A DNA stretch of 64,000 nt from Ramazzottius varieornatus (GCA_001949185.1 BDGG01000002.1:310001-374000); one strand, 5' to 3'. Shown: positions 51,217 through 64,000, counted from the stretch's first letter. Notes: generated from the sequence alone by a model not told the origin. Program-made: numbers and translations.

Positions 51217-53131
51217 CGTATATATTCCGATAGTTAGAAACTTGACTTCTCCATTTATATAGCTTCTTCAGAAGACTTCCGCGAACTTAGCTATGTATTT
51301 TAGGGCTTTTGTTTCTTGATTAGAGGACTTTCATAGTGTCAAAGTCTTTTATAGATTCTTTTGTTTTTTACATCGTGAGCTTCCTCTTTGATGGCATTTC
51401 CTTGTTGAGCAGAGACCAAAGTATCTTTTGTTGAACTTTCATCGATCTTGTTTTGGACGTTCGGTAGTGCAAGTCGTGTTTCAATGGCAAACTTACAGTA
51501 TGATAAATTTTGGACGCTTGTTCTTAATCATGTACCAGTCTTTTTGCTTGTTATTGAACGGTTCAGACAACCTTCGATAAGTGCAGATTCGAACGCGAAG
51601 ACAAAAGGCAGCTGGTGTGTTGGTATGCTCTTACGAACAAACTGCGGCGCATCGTTCTGGATCTTCCACTTGTTCGGCCTCCAAGAAGCCAGATGAGCCA
51701 TGGTGAACATGAAATTTGCCACCGGAGATATTCCACCTTGGGCAAAAGTCAGCTCGATTGTGCTTTGCTCCAGTTTGAAATTACGTTTAAAAAACCGGGG
51801 AGATCTTCTTTTATATTCGTTTGTTTTGTGGATATATTCCCGCTGCTCTGTCCTATACAATCTCCATTGTCAGATTTAGCTGGAAAATCTGTTGAATAAT
51901 TCGCTGGGGAAAAAATGGAGGCTGCGTGGATAATTATTTTTGTGGTCTGCGTGGCGCTTGTGGAGTCTTCGATGACGAACAGCACCTGTAAGAACTTCCA
52001 GCACTGTTTCTGCTGATAGCTTCCGCTATTTTTCACGATGTGGGATTCTCTTGCAGACACTGCCCATCGCGGCGATTATTGCATGGCCAACATCAATTGT
52101 CGCGATACCGGACTGGTTCGTTTTCATTTTGTTCATCAACATTGACACTTATGCCTTGGCACTTGAAAACATTCGATCTTCCCTGTTTTCAGACATGTAC
52201 AGGAGCCAAATGCGTCTGTTATATGGATATAGCAGAAAGTGTTGCCAGATACTGGGTACGCTCAATTGAAAATTTGCTGCATTCCCACTGGGCTTGTTTG
52301 GGCAAGAGTCGTCGCCCGCTTGAATAAATATTCGGTACCAAATCTGTAGGCTTGTAATGTGGATCAAGACTGCCCGATAATGAATGAGATGGGTAGCGAG
52401 AAACGCATGGAGATGGTTGGCGCAGACGAGAAGGATACAGAGACCGTCGACGCTCCTCTGGGGGCGCCACTGAAGGAACTCCAGTGTATTGCCTCCACCG
52501 AATGCCCCTTGGTCGAAGGATTTACCGGATACTGCAATGTCGATCGCGGTAATTTCAATAACGGCAAGATCGATCGACGATGAAGATATCTGGCTGGTTT
52601 TCTCCAGCTTGCGGACACCCAAAATCTGTGATAAGGAATGTGCTGTAATACCGAAAGCTGCGATGACCGCAGGCCCAGTAAATAAATAAAATGACAGTGA
52701 TAAACGAGGAAATTTCACAGCGCGAAGTCGGTATGTTTCAATCGCAAGAAATGTTATTCTGACTTTTGCTCATCTGTGTACATGTCTACTGTGTGACATT
52801 TCCTCAGAGGAAAGGTTTTGATTGTGCCTGATGGTTCTGATGTCCCGGCCGGCGCCAACGTTGACTTGTTGTGGAGAATCAATTTCCCAGAACAGGTTCC
52901 GAACATCCATCTAGCTGCAGGCGCTGCTGCAGCGTATCACGAGATATAGAAGGTGCTCGAGGAGGCACAAAGGGTAGTGTGACAAGCATTCATGAAACTT
53001 ACAATAGCTTTCAGGTAGATTGATGCAATCCTTGAGACAACGCTTTCCTAACTCCGCAACCACTCCGCAAATCTATAAGATAAGAAAAGCAGAGATTCAT
53101 TCGCTTATTGCATCCGACATTAACTGGAAAA

Positions 53132-54304
53132 ATGATCTTACTGAAGGGACTATGTATGGCGCTTGTGGTGCATGCAGTATTGGGTCTACCTTTGAAAAAT
53201 CCTCGTCCGTTGTTTGACGATCCAGACCAAGATGCTGGAACGCCAGGGGACATGCAGTCCGGTGCTGCATCCTCGATAAAACCAAAGCCTTATCTAGACG
53301 CGAACCATGGACCTCCACTCCAGAAGCCGGACGACAAGAAGCCGCCACCTCCAGCCACCGAAGACGAACAGGCTCAAGGGCCAGATCGTCCACCGCCCAA
53401 AGGTAAGGATGACCAGAAGGCGAATTCACCACCACCTCCAAAGGGAAAAGAAGACAAAGGCAAAGAGCCACCGCCTACACCACCTCTTGAAGATGCCCCG
53501 GAGGAAGATCATGAAGGTCCGCCACCGCCGCCACTACCCGGCCACAATCGACCTCCACCACCGCCTCCTCCACCTCATGGAAAGGATGAAACTCCGCCAC
53601 CAAAGCCCGAAGACACAGACCGTGATCTTGAGGAGAACGACGAGTCACCACCGCCACCCGCGCCACATGGACCCAAGGGAGCGCCACCGAAAGGAAAGGA
53701 TGACAAAAAGAAACCTCCGCCCCCACCAAAGCGTGATGACAAAACTACAGAAAAGAGCGAGGCTCCGCCACCACCGCCACCACCTGGGCACGGTCACCCA
53801 CCCGCGCCGCCACCCCCACTCGGCCACCCGCATCCGCCGCCGCCGCCGAAAGACGATGACAGCAATGCGCCACCTCCTCCACCACCGCCACCAAAGGCCA
53901 AGGATAAGCAGAAGAAACCGCCACCCCCCAAACCTCACGACGATAAGCCTGAAGGAGATGCCACACCGTTACGGAAGCCCGATATTGACGACGATAGAGA
54001 TGCACCACCTCCTCCTCCGCCTCACGGTAAAGGTAAAAAGCACCCGCCTCCTCCGCCGCCGCCACCGCAACCTCATAACGATGATGCCCATGGAGGGGAT
54101 GCACCACCACCGCCCCCATCGCATGACGAGCATGGTGATCAACACCATGACGCACCACCTCCTCCAGCATCGAATGGAAAAGACGAAGCCGGACCGCCAC
54201 CACCGATTGAAAAAGGGAAGGACGACAAAGGCAGAGCGCCGAAGGGAAGGAAGCCTCCATCACCGCAGCCGGAAGACCCGGACAGCGGAGCGCCACCAGT
54301 TTGA
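53132..54304 (+). CDS. Secreted Pro/His/Lys/Asp-rich repetitive protein (390 aa, intronless)
   Basis: Signal MILLKGLCMALVVHAVLG; many PPPPP runs with HGK/KGKDD/DD linkers; no globular domain recognised. Confidence 0.8.
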   Translation: MILLKGLCMALVVHAVLGLPLKNPRPLFDDPDQDAGTPGDMQSGAASSIKPKPYLDANHGPPLQKPDDKKPPPPATEDEQAQGPDRPPPKGKDDQKANSPPPPKGKEDKGKEPPPTPPLEDAPEEDHEGPPPPPLPGHNRPPPPPPPPHGKDETPPPKPEDTDRDLEENDESPPPPAPHGPKGAPPKGKDDKKKPPPPPKRDDKTTEKSEAPPPPPPPGHGHPPAPPPPLGHPHPPPPPKDDDSNAPPPPPPPPKAKDKQKKPPPPKPHDDKPEGDATPLRKPDIDDDRDAPPPPPPHGKGKKHPPPPPPPPQPHNDDAHGGDAPPPPPSHDEHGDQHHDAPPPPASNGKDEAGPPPPIEKGKDDKGRAPKGRKPPSPQPEDPDSGAPPV

Positions 54305-54583
54305 AAAATTATACCGTGCAAACCTTGACTGAAACAAACCTGGGTTGTTGTAGTTGTTAGGGACAGCGAAAGTTACTGAACTTCGTTGATAGCTTTGCAA
54401 CTGTCATTCTTTGTTTATTCGCTTCGAATCAAAACTTCGCTAAAGTCGCAAAGAAGTCTTACAGTACACAACCAGTTCACTTGTAGTAAGGTAAAGTAAT
54501 GTATTGGTCACTACAGAAAAACACTGCGTTGCACGAAAATTCGTGAAAGATCAGGAGCACATCAGTCTCTTGGTTTTTAAAGT

Positions 54584-57500
54584 CTAAACAGTTTCCGGCC
54601 ACTCCATCAGGTTTCCTGCAAGGTACAGACAATTAGGTTAGAAGGTTCGGAGTACCTTCGACCATAAAGCGGTGACCGAACTTACCCATATATAAATTCC
54701 AATAAAGTAAATTAAATATTAAGAAAACACCTGCAATCAGAGAAGCGGTTGTAGTTAGCTGTAAAAGAATGCGAACTGGAGTTGGTAGCTGGACATACAG
54801 GGAAAAAGTATCCGAGAAAAGAAGTCAATCTTCTTTGCGCGCTTCGAGGGTATGTGAACACGGCCACCAAAGCAACTCCGTTGTTTTGGTTGAGCAGTTC
54901 TGGGCTTGAGGTCATCGCTGTGCCCATTGGGATGAAGGTCCTTCCGTGACCCACCGAACATGCCACCAATATGGTTGACCATCGTATGTCTGCGATTGGG
55001 CACACCACCGGCCTCCAGATCGGTGTCGGTCAGGTGGGGATTGCTGAGGAGCGTCTGGTGGTGATCATGGACGGCGCAGTGTCGCAATGAACCTTTGGTC
55101 CCTCGACCTGCGCGATTGCGACTGAGGTTACGCATGCGTAAGGTGTTGTTGGGGTCGTCGTCCAAGGCTGTCTCGTCAATCTCCACATGCATGTCGCCCT
55201 CGTAGTTGGGGTACTCCATCTCGTCCACACCGATGCCCATGTCGTTGCAGTCTGGGCAGTTGGTCTGGAAGGAGGCGCCACCTGCCTGTCGCGTCCCCGG
55301 CGTTCTCGATCGTTGTGATAGCAAGGGCTTCTGCAAGTAGAAAAAGCTATCTTCTGTCTACCGTCATCTTTTTGGACTCGAGGCTTACCATGGCATAAGC
55401 GGAAAGGTTGCGATCCGAGTCGAGAAGCTCGGTTTCCGCTGCATCGGCTAAGCGATTTCCGGTGCTGCTTGTGCGGTAGACAGGTGATCGTTGGGTTCTG
55501 CGTGCGCCGGAGGTTTGGTGCGTGCGATGATGGCCATACTGATCCAGTGACGTTTGGCTCATCTTTTTACTCCCCAGAGTTGCCGTCCCTTCATGAAGAT
55601 GGAGGTGATTGGGTATGGAGGAGTGAAGATGACATGAGCAATGGAGATGGCTGGAGCCATTGCCGTTGCCGTTGCCATTGTGCTGCATGCCATCCTTCTC
55701 CTTCTTGTCCGCTTCGGCTTTCTTGTTGGCCGCTTCCTGCTTACGCTGCCAGGCTTTCTCCTTTTGTGACCAGTAATTTCTGCAACATCCATTAGGGGGT
55801 CCATCACATCAAAACACAGCACTTTGTGCACTGTCCCAATCCTCGACTTACACAAAGGCAAATTCAAGTAATGCACCAAAGATGAATGTGATGCAAGTTC
55901 CTGTCCACACATCAATGGCTGCAAATGGATAGAGTCAATTTCACAGTCGGCCAGAAGTTTGACGGCAAGTCGACTGACCTTTGGTATAAGACACTGGCGG
56001 AAGCTGAGCATTGATACCAGACTGGGTGGTGGCCATTGTGAGCAAGGTGGTAACACCCAGGGAGACTCGCGCGGGCGTGGCTTCTGGATCCAGCCAGAAC
56101 GACACCCAGGACACGAATATCAGCATGCACTACAATTTACACAAACAATATCCTTGATTACATTGCACTGTGGGGGTGGTGACTCCGAAGTGCATCCGAG
56201 AGGAATTGGTGATCGAGAAGGCACGAGAATGGGCGTACCGTAGGGATGTACACTTGGACCAAGTAATAGGAAAACTCTCGTTGTAGGAAGAGCACAACTT
56301 TAAGGCAACTGAAAGAACCTACAAGCAAAAACAGGATGCTTTTTTTAGAACAAACGTAGATAAAAACTGTCAGATTAGAACTTGACACAGAGGCCTGAAG
56401 AATTGTACTGAGATATGAAGATTAGTGACCGGAATTCCCAAGGTGGACAAGGTAGTACCGGTAAGGTTTTCGCCAACAAGTGTTACCTGTGGCAGTAATG
56501 GAAGTACAGTATCCTGTCTTGATCCCTTCCAGCCGAAATCGCGGCATGGAGATATTTGCAAGCTGGACCGGCGAAGAGATTGCCTTCCAGAAGAACTCAA
56601 TGTCGTCTGTCGTGTATCCGTCTGGGAATTTAGATTTAATCATCAACGAGATGATCCTGGTGACTTCTGGCAAGTGCTATTGTTGGCATAATTGAGTGAA
56701 GAACCTTACAGCTAGCCATGCGAATTTCACAGATCTGCCGGTCCATGGGGAAGAAGCGGAGGTCCATGGGGCAGGACAGCGTCAGTGACAATCTGCATGT
56801 AATAAAGAGTGCAGACGTTAACACTTGACTACGTTGGGCGTCAGCCAGAAAAGAGATAGGCAAAGAAACGGACCGAATGCTCATCATAATGTCCCCGTTG
56901 GGATGGATGCGCAGGAAAACATCTACAGCGGGCAAAGAAGAAGAAGAAGAAGAAAGAGTTTCATTAAAAGCGCCGCGAGAGTGCAACAGTGAACTCGTTA
57001 TACACTTGAGTGACCTTCAAGTTTCAAACGAAACGATTTGAGGAACCGGAGGCGGACAGACGAAAGACGCAAAATCGCTTTTTTTCACTGGCGTAGTTTT
57101 CGGTTGTCAAAGCTGGTAACGTGCGCCATTTGGAAACCCATCCTGTCCACTGTCTTCCCAAGTGGCGCACATTCTCAGTTTTATTGGCCGGAAGCGTGTG
57201 CCACTTGGAACAAACAAATGTTTCACGTTTCGTTTGCCGGCTTTCCAAAAATCATTTTGTTGTTTGTATAGGAAAAGGCAGTTTCTTCTTACTGGGCACG
57301 AGGATATTGTGCAAATGGGCGGAACGTTCATTTTGGAAGAAGAGATCTGGCTTCCAGACTTTCTCCGGGTTAGGGAGGACCAGGTACTTGTGGTAGCCCC
57401 CGTCGTCGTAGGCTAAGCGGTCGTCGTTCCATTCTTCGCGGAACGTCAGTTGGGTCGAGTATTCCTGGTTAAGGGTAAAACAAACAGAAGAGGATTAGCA

Positions 57501-60262
57501 TATGAGGACAGAATGGGCAAAAGTATTGGTTGTGTTATTGACATAACGTGAGGTCGTATGATTGCCTACAGTAAGTGAAGAGCCCATATCGAACTCATCC
57601 CTTTTTTACATGCAGGAGCAGTTCGCGGAAAAAAAGTATCAAGTGTCCTCCACTTGTCCGCGCTACTTACCATATTCAGATCGTCCACTTTGGAGATACT
57701 TCGAACAAGCAAGTTTACTTTGATAATGGCTGCTCCAGCTACAAAAAAAACCGTCCATATTAGACACGAAGGCGTTCCTCCGTCAAAGTTCCGCAAAAAT
57801 TCGTCTCTGTTGACTTTTCGTGACCATGGTGGAATCTTTTTTTATTCGAAAATAATCTCTTCCGTTTCTCTGTGGGAGTCTATGCTGGTGAAACTGGCAA
57901 AGCGCTAAAGAACCCAAGTGGAAAGCTTAGTGGAAAGACAGCGTTGGAGAAACGTGGCTGTAACCTCTCATGACATAAGCGATTAATTTTGATGCCGGGC
58001 TGATTTGTTTATTTGGTGTATAAGCAAGTGATGTCCCGGAGGACTTTACCCTCAAAGACGCTTCATGCAATCACAGTCCATCCAGGCTTCGGCCGCCACC
58101 CACAATGAGGATGCTCGTTCGATGAAGCCGTGCTCACATTGGCGGACAGAAGGGCACATTTCGTCATCCGGACAATTGTGGCAAATGAAGTACCATGTCT
58201 TCCTCTATCATTATTGTCCACACACAGTTCCCCATCTAGATCAAACTTAATGCCCGTCCTCTATCGATCCCCACTCCGAGTTGGCCATCTAGGAACTAAA
58301 GCGGCCAGACTTCCAACAGTGGAATATGCAACCTCCTGGCAAAGTTTCTCTTTGACTATTCACTTTGCCTCTTAAACATCATTAAAGAAGCTTCCAATGT
58401 GTACACATCTTTATGGGTGAATATGGAACTGGCTGACGTCAGGCGTCTTTCAGCTGATATGCTTGGGGTAATTGTTTCCCCTATTGACCGAGCGCTTTAT
58501 ATTCATCAAGTCCCATCGATTATTTCATATTATCAAATGCGAAAAATCTTTCGACTCTTTTCTCTCCGAAAGTGTTTGCCTTTTACTGCTGCGAACAGAA
58601 TGCCATAGAAGCATTTCAAGTAGCGAATTTCCCATCAATCAAAAGTCAAGTAGAAAGTATGTAGATTTATGATACTTTCAGCAAGTGTAAATTACGAAAT
58701 ACCATTAGCATTACGCTCCATCCAACGATGAGCTGGAGAGTTCTTCATTGCTGGAATGGTTTCATGCATGGTCAACTTTCCCTGATATGACGGTATATCA
58801 TGACATTGTCGAGGAAGGGAGGGATGATGTAAAGTAATAAAGAGATACATGACGGAAGATGGTGGCGAAATATTGTGACATGCATGTGCCAGCCCAACAA
58901 TGAAAAGTGGGTTCCCCGCACTATCACTGGCGATGACGTAGGTTTGAACTGGAGTAATGGGCGCTCGTGACCAGGAAGATGCTTCTTTGTTTGATGTGGC
59001 TACACAAAAAAAGGGATGTGTGCATGCAGGGCATGCTCCGGCCTCTCCATGTCAAGCAGCGGAAGCAACTTGTCCACCTCGCAAAACGCGGAAAATAGCG
59101 CGCTGATGAGCCCACCGAAGCCAGTGCAAGGCTTCAACGTTGCCATCCTCGCAAATATTGTCACTAACATCCGTCATCGCTTCAGTGCCAACTTCGCCTC
59201 TTCCCTTGCATCCCGACGGCGTTTTCGTCTTGACAGATAAATTACCATACATGATGCTTCTTCGGTTTTTTCCTGTCAGCCTTCCCAGCTTATTTTCATG
59301 TATTGGGGGATGCTTTCTCATTCCTCCTACCTACGTACTGCAGTCAGATAAGCGGTTTCTAGCGCGGAAAAGGACACCCCGTAGGAGAAAGTAAGATTTG
59401 CTTCCCAAGTGGCGCATGTGCAGACCAAAAACGCTGACAACGTGCGCCACTTGGGAAAACCAGTTTCCACAAGGTTGTCTTTGTAAATGGCGCACTGTCC
59501 CAGCCAAATACATTAAAACTTGCGCCAGTTGGGCAACAATTGGGTGACATCATTGAGATTTTGACGACGCTTCATTTCAAGAACCAGTGGCCTTGCAAGG
59601 CTCGGGATTACTTCCTGACGTAACCGTATGACAGGCCGACAGAACCTTGGGCCTGTTTAGTGCAAGAAGATTACGGATTTGAGCGGATCAGTCATGTGTT
59701 ATTGGTGGTTCAAGTTTCGGTTTGCTGAAAGCATGGCGGGAAACTTGCCTGTGCCATTGACGTTAGTCTTGGGACGGAGTTTGTTATCATATCCATGTTC
59801 CAGTAGCATATCCAATATTTCCTTCTCCGAGAATATCTGTCCGCCGTGTCGGCCATCACTACGAGCACAAACAGGTTATCACGTTGCAGTAGCAGCATTG
59901 GCGCATAGCTCTACAGTAGCCTAACGTGATTTCCGCTTCTAATTTTGGCCGATTGTTCGTCAGCAAACATTCTACAACCTGACTTGGTTAAGCTCCTTCC
60001 GCCCACTCTATCCAGATACCGGCGTCTTTGATGACGTTGGAGAGAGGGAGAGACAGAGAGAAAATGAGGTTTATTCTTACCGCCCGCGAATTTTGGTCTG
60101 TGCCGCCACATTTGAGCAAGGGTTCAGTCTGAGAAGGAGCTCGAGCAGCAAGAGGTATTGCAGCAGCCGCAATACTTGTTTCCACCTAGTCGAAGAGTAT
60201 CTCCTGGCCAAAGTCGTCTCGTTCCTCTGTGCAAAGTGTGATGCGGCGACATCGTCCTGCAT
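54584..60262 (-). CDS. GluCl: Glutamate-gated chloride channel subunit (multi-exon)
   Basis: [39 protein letters not shown] (both glutamate-binding Arg), [76 protein letters not shown]. Confidence 0.92.
57086..57206. repeat. Doublet of the palindromic element
   Basis: Arms 57086 (degenerate)/57122 and 57160/57197; second spacer resembles that of the 19560 copy; GluCl intron. Confidence 0.8.
59402..59530. repeat. Doublet of the palindromic element (period 78 bp)
   Basis: TTCCCAAGTGGCGCA-N26-TGCGCCACTTGGGAA (15-bp perfect arms), then 59485/59521; GluCl intron. Confidence 0.85.
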
Positions 60263-63200
60263 CGTTTCTTTCAGCCCACGCTGGGGCTGATCACTGTGTG
60301 CGAGGCAGCCACATCGGCCCTGAGGAGCTGCTGCTGGAGCTGAAGCTGAAGCTGGCCGACCAACCGACCGTGTTACCCATCACAACACTTCACAAGGCGA
60401 CCAACCATGACCAAATACCCCGCTCGATCTTTCCCATCCACCCTGCAACACCACAGACAAGGTTAGACCCATGCACAAAACGTCCGATACAACATCCCCC
60501 CAGCTACACTATATCCCGCTTTGTTTGTGACGAAATTATGCCTTCTATATCATAGCATGCTACTAAGCCCCACCCTTTCTCAGGGCGGTTTTTCCTACGG
60601 AAAACTAAAGATACGGAGAAAAAGGTCAGGAAATTTTCAAGGACTATTGCTCGGAACGATCTTCCGGGTCGATCGCTGCGGCTCATCTGCTATCAGTACT
60701 TTGTTGCATCTCCACGACGCTGCTTAAATAGGATTACAAGTCGATTTGCTTTTAAGGCGCTGCAGGCTAAATCGGAGCACCCTTCCATGCTCCTTTGGTG
60801 CCTAGTCCGGTGAATCGGTCTAGAGCCCCGAAAACCCCGGCCAGAATTTCCGGAAGCATTTATGCCACGCAGGCACGACTTACCTGCAATCTGATTCTTG
60901 ATGGGACAAGAATATCCGGACAAGATATCTCGGGATTGATCAGCGATGGGAAAACGCCACAAAGAACCCAGCAAATTATGAGCATTGACTTCACCTTGCT
61001 TGCTATAGCCTGGTTTGCCGTTCAGGCCGATGAAAGAGCAATAGTCGGGCAGAGAGGGAAAAGGCCGTTACTGTTGGTCACGACTGCGGTGTTGCCGGGA
61101 AAAAGAGCCAGCTGGGTCCACAGCAGCAGCTGTCGCCCAAGCAGAATGTGCACTGGCAGACGTGCTACTTCAGACACGACCGTAGCAGTCTGCTCAGTAT
61201 GACCCACACTGGAAGTTTGAAGGCGCACTAAAGTTCATCTCTCCAGTTCCGTGGCGCACTTTTCCCCCACTCGGTCTGCGCATGCATATAAAGTGCAAAA
61301 TCAACGAGCTGCGCTAGCACTGCCACCCCCCAAAAAGATCGTCAAAGGAAGAAGGAACAAGATGGGTCGCAGGACGGGTTTTCCAGGAGACAGGCAGTCT
61401 TTTGGCCCAGTGCAAAAATCGATGGCATTTCTTTCCTCATGATCACTTCACTACTTAACAACACTGCCATGTAGTATGGTGTAAAAGCTGGCGGCCGGCC
61501 TTCCATCCATCCATCTTTCCTTCAGCCATTTTCTTCTGGCGCCACAAACTATCTTGTCTGTGTACTTTGGAGGAGTACGCGCCGCGCGTGTGGATGCAGT
61601 GTTAACTGTCCATATTACGTCGGAAAGATCGCGGCAAATGACTTGCTAGCTGTAGCCCTCGATCTTCCATGTTTGCCCTGGCCGTTTGCTTGGCCAAACA
61701 TTGTTCCAGTTAGCAGCCTCCATCGTCTTGCCCGCATCTCTGCCTCCTTTGCCCAAGGACCAGTCAAATTGCGGGAAAAGCGTCTAAGGTTCCTCGCGGC
61801 ACAACACGTCTCATCACTAGTCGCCCATCAGGAAAAGCACTAAACAAATACTCTCTACAAAGTTTGTGCGCAGGCGCAACGTCTCCTATACGTACAAAGT
61901 CTCACAATACACATCTCTAGCGCCACATTTTACAGAGACTTCCCCGCGCTATCAAATTGTAAAAATCTGGCCTGCTTTAGGATGACGACGTACTCTTCAG
62001 TCTATGCTGTAGGCTAGCTCCTTCGAAATGCGCGGGCTGTCGCACATCTCGATTTCTGGCCACTTTTCCACCGGGCAACCTACCGCCTTTTTGAAACACA
62101 GCCTAGCTGTTGGACAGATGGTCCGACATTCCTGCTTTTTAACCGTGCAACATCGTGGACCTATTAGCTTATGCCTGGGGGTCCTAGGCTTTTATTTGGT
62201 AGTGAGGGGGCAGAGGCAAGAGTGAGAGGTCATCATGGATGGAACGGCGCAGAGCTGGCAACCTGAAGAGCGACAAATGGCAATTGCATTTGATGAATGG
62301 TAGTGGCACTTTACTCGGCCATTTCCCTCTTGATATTCCACACGATGCAGCTCCCGTTACTTCGTTGCCCTATACCAAATACACAAACGCTGGTCCCCCA
62401 CTAACCATATATCCCCTCATTAAACTCCAGATAGGACAATCTGGCCCTACTAACTATATCCGACGACTTGTCCACCATTGCACATTCCAGCTTAATGACG
62501 CCAAGCCGAAAAAAGCTCCGACGGCGCAACCCCCGCTAATTTCAACAACATCCGATATGCCTGTCAGCTGAGCTCCGGAATGCATAACTGCCAGCGGCCC
62601 TGCCCGTAACCTGAGCTCTAGCCGCCTTCACCCATAAGCAACGCTTAATAATGCAGCGTGCCCATAAGCTCCTTTAATAACTCTATCCTGGATCTGTCAC
62701 AATCTGCCAACACACTCCTCATCTTCAACTACTCACACCAAGCTCTGACCAAAAAGCCCTTCACTGTCAGATCCCGCCAATGGTATCCGTCCCTAGTCAG
62801 GTAAAGTCAACTCATGTCGTCTGCCCGGGTGGACTCGCGCATCAGCGGAAAAATCAATGCAAGTCAGCAAAGCCTTTTGCCCATAAAAAAAATCCTATCC
62901 ACAGTTAAAGTGTCTCGACGAGACGGTAGGGGTGTTTAGGAGGATAATGCCCCCGTGCGACATGTCTGACACGTCCATCAATCTCTGGTGGATACAAGCA
63001 GCGCACTTTGATGTCATGATTGAGGGGGTTTGCATTGCCAAAGGTCGCGGCTCATGTGACTAAAGTGCCCTGCTGAAAGTGCGGCCTATGCATTATTGAT
63101 ACATGGGAGAAGAGGCTGTGACGTCAGTGACAGTGATTTATGTGGGGAAACTGTGGTGGTGAGCCCTTTTGGAATATTCAGGGCGGAGTGGCTGGTGAGG

Positions 63201-64000
63201 AAAGCAGGAGCCACGTAGGAATACGGTAACCATGAAGATCAATGCGCCACTTGTCAAGAAGTGCAAAAGGCTTTCGCTTGCTCCACTCAAGAAAAGTGCA
63301 TGGCCTGCCATTATTAATGGTGCCCATTGCCACTTTTTTTGTCCAGTCCATTTCCTTCTTCCACCCAGGCACCCTCTGTACCTACAGCGAGACGGTGGGA
63401 GGAACGTGTACCCAAAGACAGAGCCCAGAAAGGTTGCACTTTCCTTCTTCGGCTTTCTTTTCCAACTACAGTATATGCATGGACACTACCACTTCTTCAT
63501 GTGCCATCGACATTTGTCTGTGATGCAGAGTACTCTAGCGCGAAGATGCTTTGTAAAGAAAGCTTATGGGGAGGGGGAGGCGTAGTTTTGCTTAGAGAAT
63601 TACATAAGATTATCAATGCATATTTATACTTGTAGTGAAGTGGATGGCAGGGCTTAAGCAGTTTGCAGTTTTAGTTTGCAGTAGTCGAGTATGCACGGTT
63701 TTGGTAGGGTTGGTTGGTCGAAGGATATTTCTTGAGTACGGATGATTGGTGGCGACAGGCAGGAAACCTAGCAAGTAATGCCCCAAGTGCTATAATCGCC
63801 TGATTGCGTGACGTGACATCTACCGTTTGCCCTACAACGACGGCACCAAAGTCAGCTTCTGACAACCAGCCAAACCACAAGAAGGTCTTACAGTGTCAGA
63901 CGCCCCGCTCCTCCTTTCCAGCCGGCAGTTTGCTATATCGAAAGCCGTTGTTCGTTGATACAAAGTTTACTGTAAAGTCCGCTGCTGTCCCAAGATTGGA

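Noticed and set aside
51448-52910. Cluster of medium ORFs (possible receptor or transposase)
   Set aside because: No recognisable motif and no consistent splice model; may be a decayed gene
53307-54332. Overlapping His/Arg-rich and antisense ORFs
   Set aside because: Shadow frames of the CCA/CCG-rich polyproline gene
19477-59530. Repeat-spacer pattern read as a CRISPR array
   Set aside because: Repeats are inverted pairs dispersed through eukaryotic introns, at most two units per locus, with no cas genes
50135-63252. Solo TGCGCCACTT arms at 50135 and 63243
   Set aside because: No partner arm at 26-27 bp, so not counted as elements

Overview
Gene-dense invertebrate animal DNA with many short (mostly ~55-120 nt) spliceosomal introns; the compactness suggests a tardigrade-type genome (inference only). 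Genes reconstructed by hand from ORF fragments and splice sites: a vasopressin/CCAP-family neuropeptide GPCR (-), a divergent 14-3-3 (+), a secreted coiled-coil/PAN-apple protein (+), an ARSB/I/J-like arylsulfatase (-), a ShK-fused divergent nicotinic-type subunit (+), two paralogous anion-type Cys-loop subunits (+), a DXO/Rai1-family gene lacking most catalytic residues (-), a third Cys-loop paralog reduced to a secreted ligand-binding domain with no membrane helices (+), an EAAT glutamate transporter (-), a secreted Cys-flanked LysM protein (+), an RRM protein (+), a secreted Pro/His/Lys/Asp-rich protein (+) and a GluCl subunit (-). Mobile DNA: a decayed CRE-clade non-LTR retrotransposon, a piggyBac relic, a hAT-type element with an 8-bp TSD, and a small MITE. 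A dispersed non-coding element AAGTGGCGCA-N26/27-TGCGCCACTT, often with a CCAAT at a fixed position, occurs as at least 14 pairs. The most novel-looking items are the AChBP-like soluble protein derived from an anion-channel family, the Cutoff-like dead DXO, the ShK-nAChR fusion and the fixed-spacing palindromic element.
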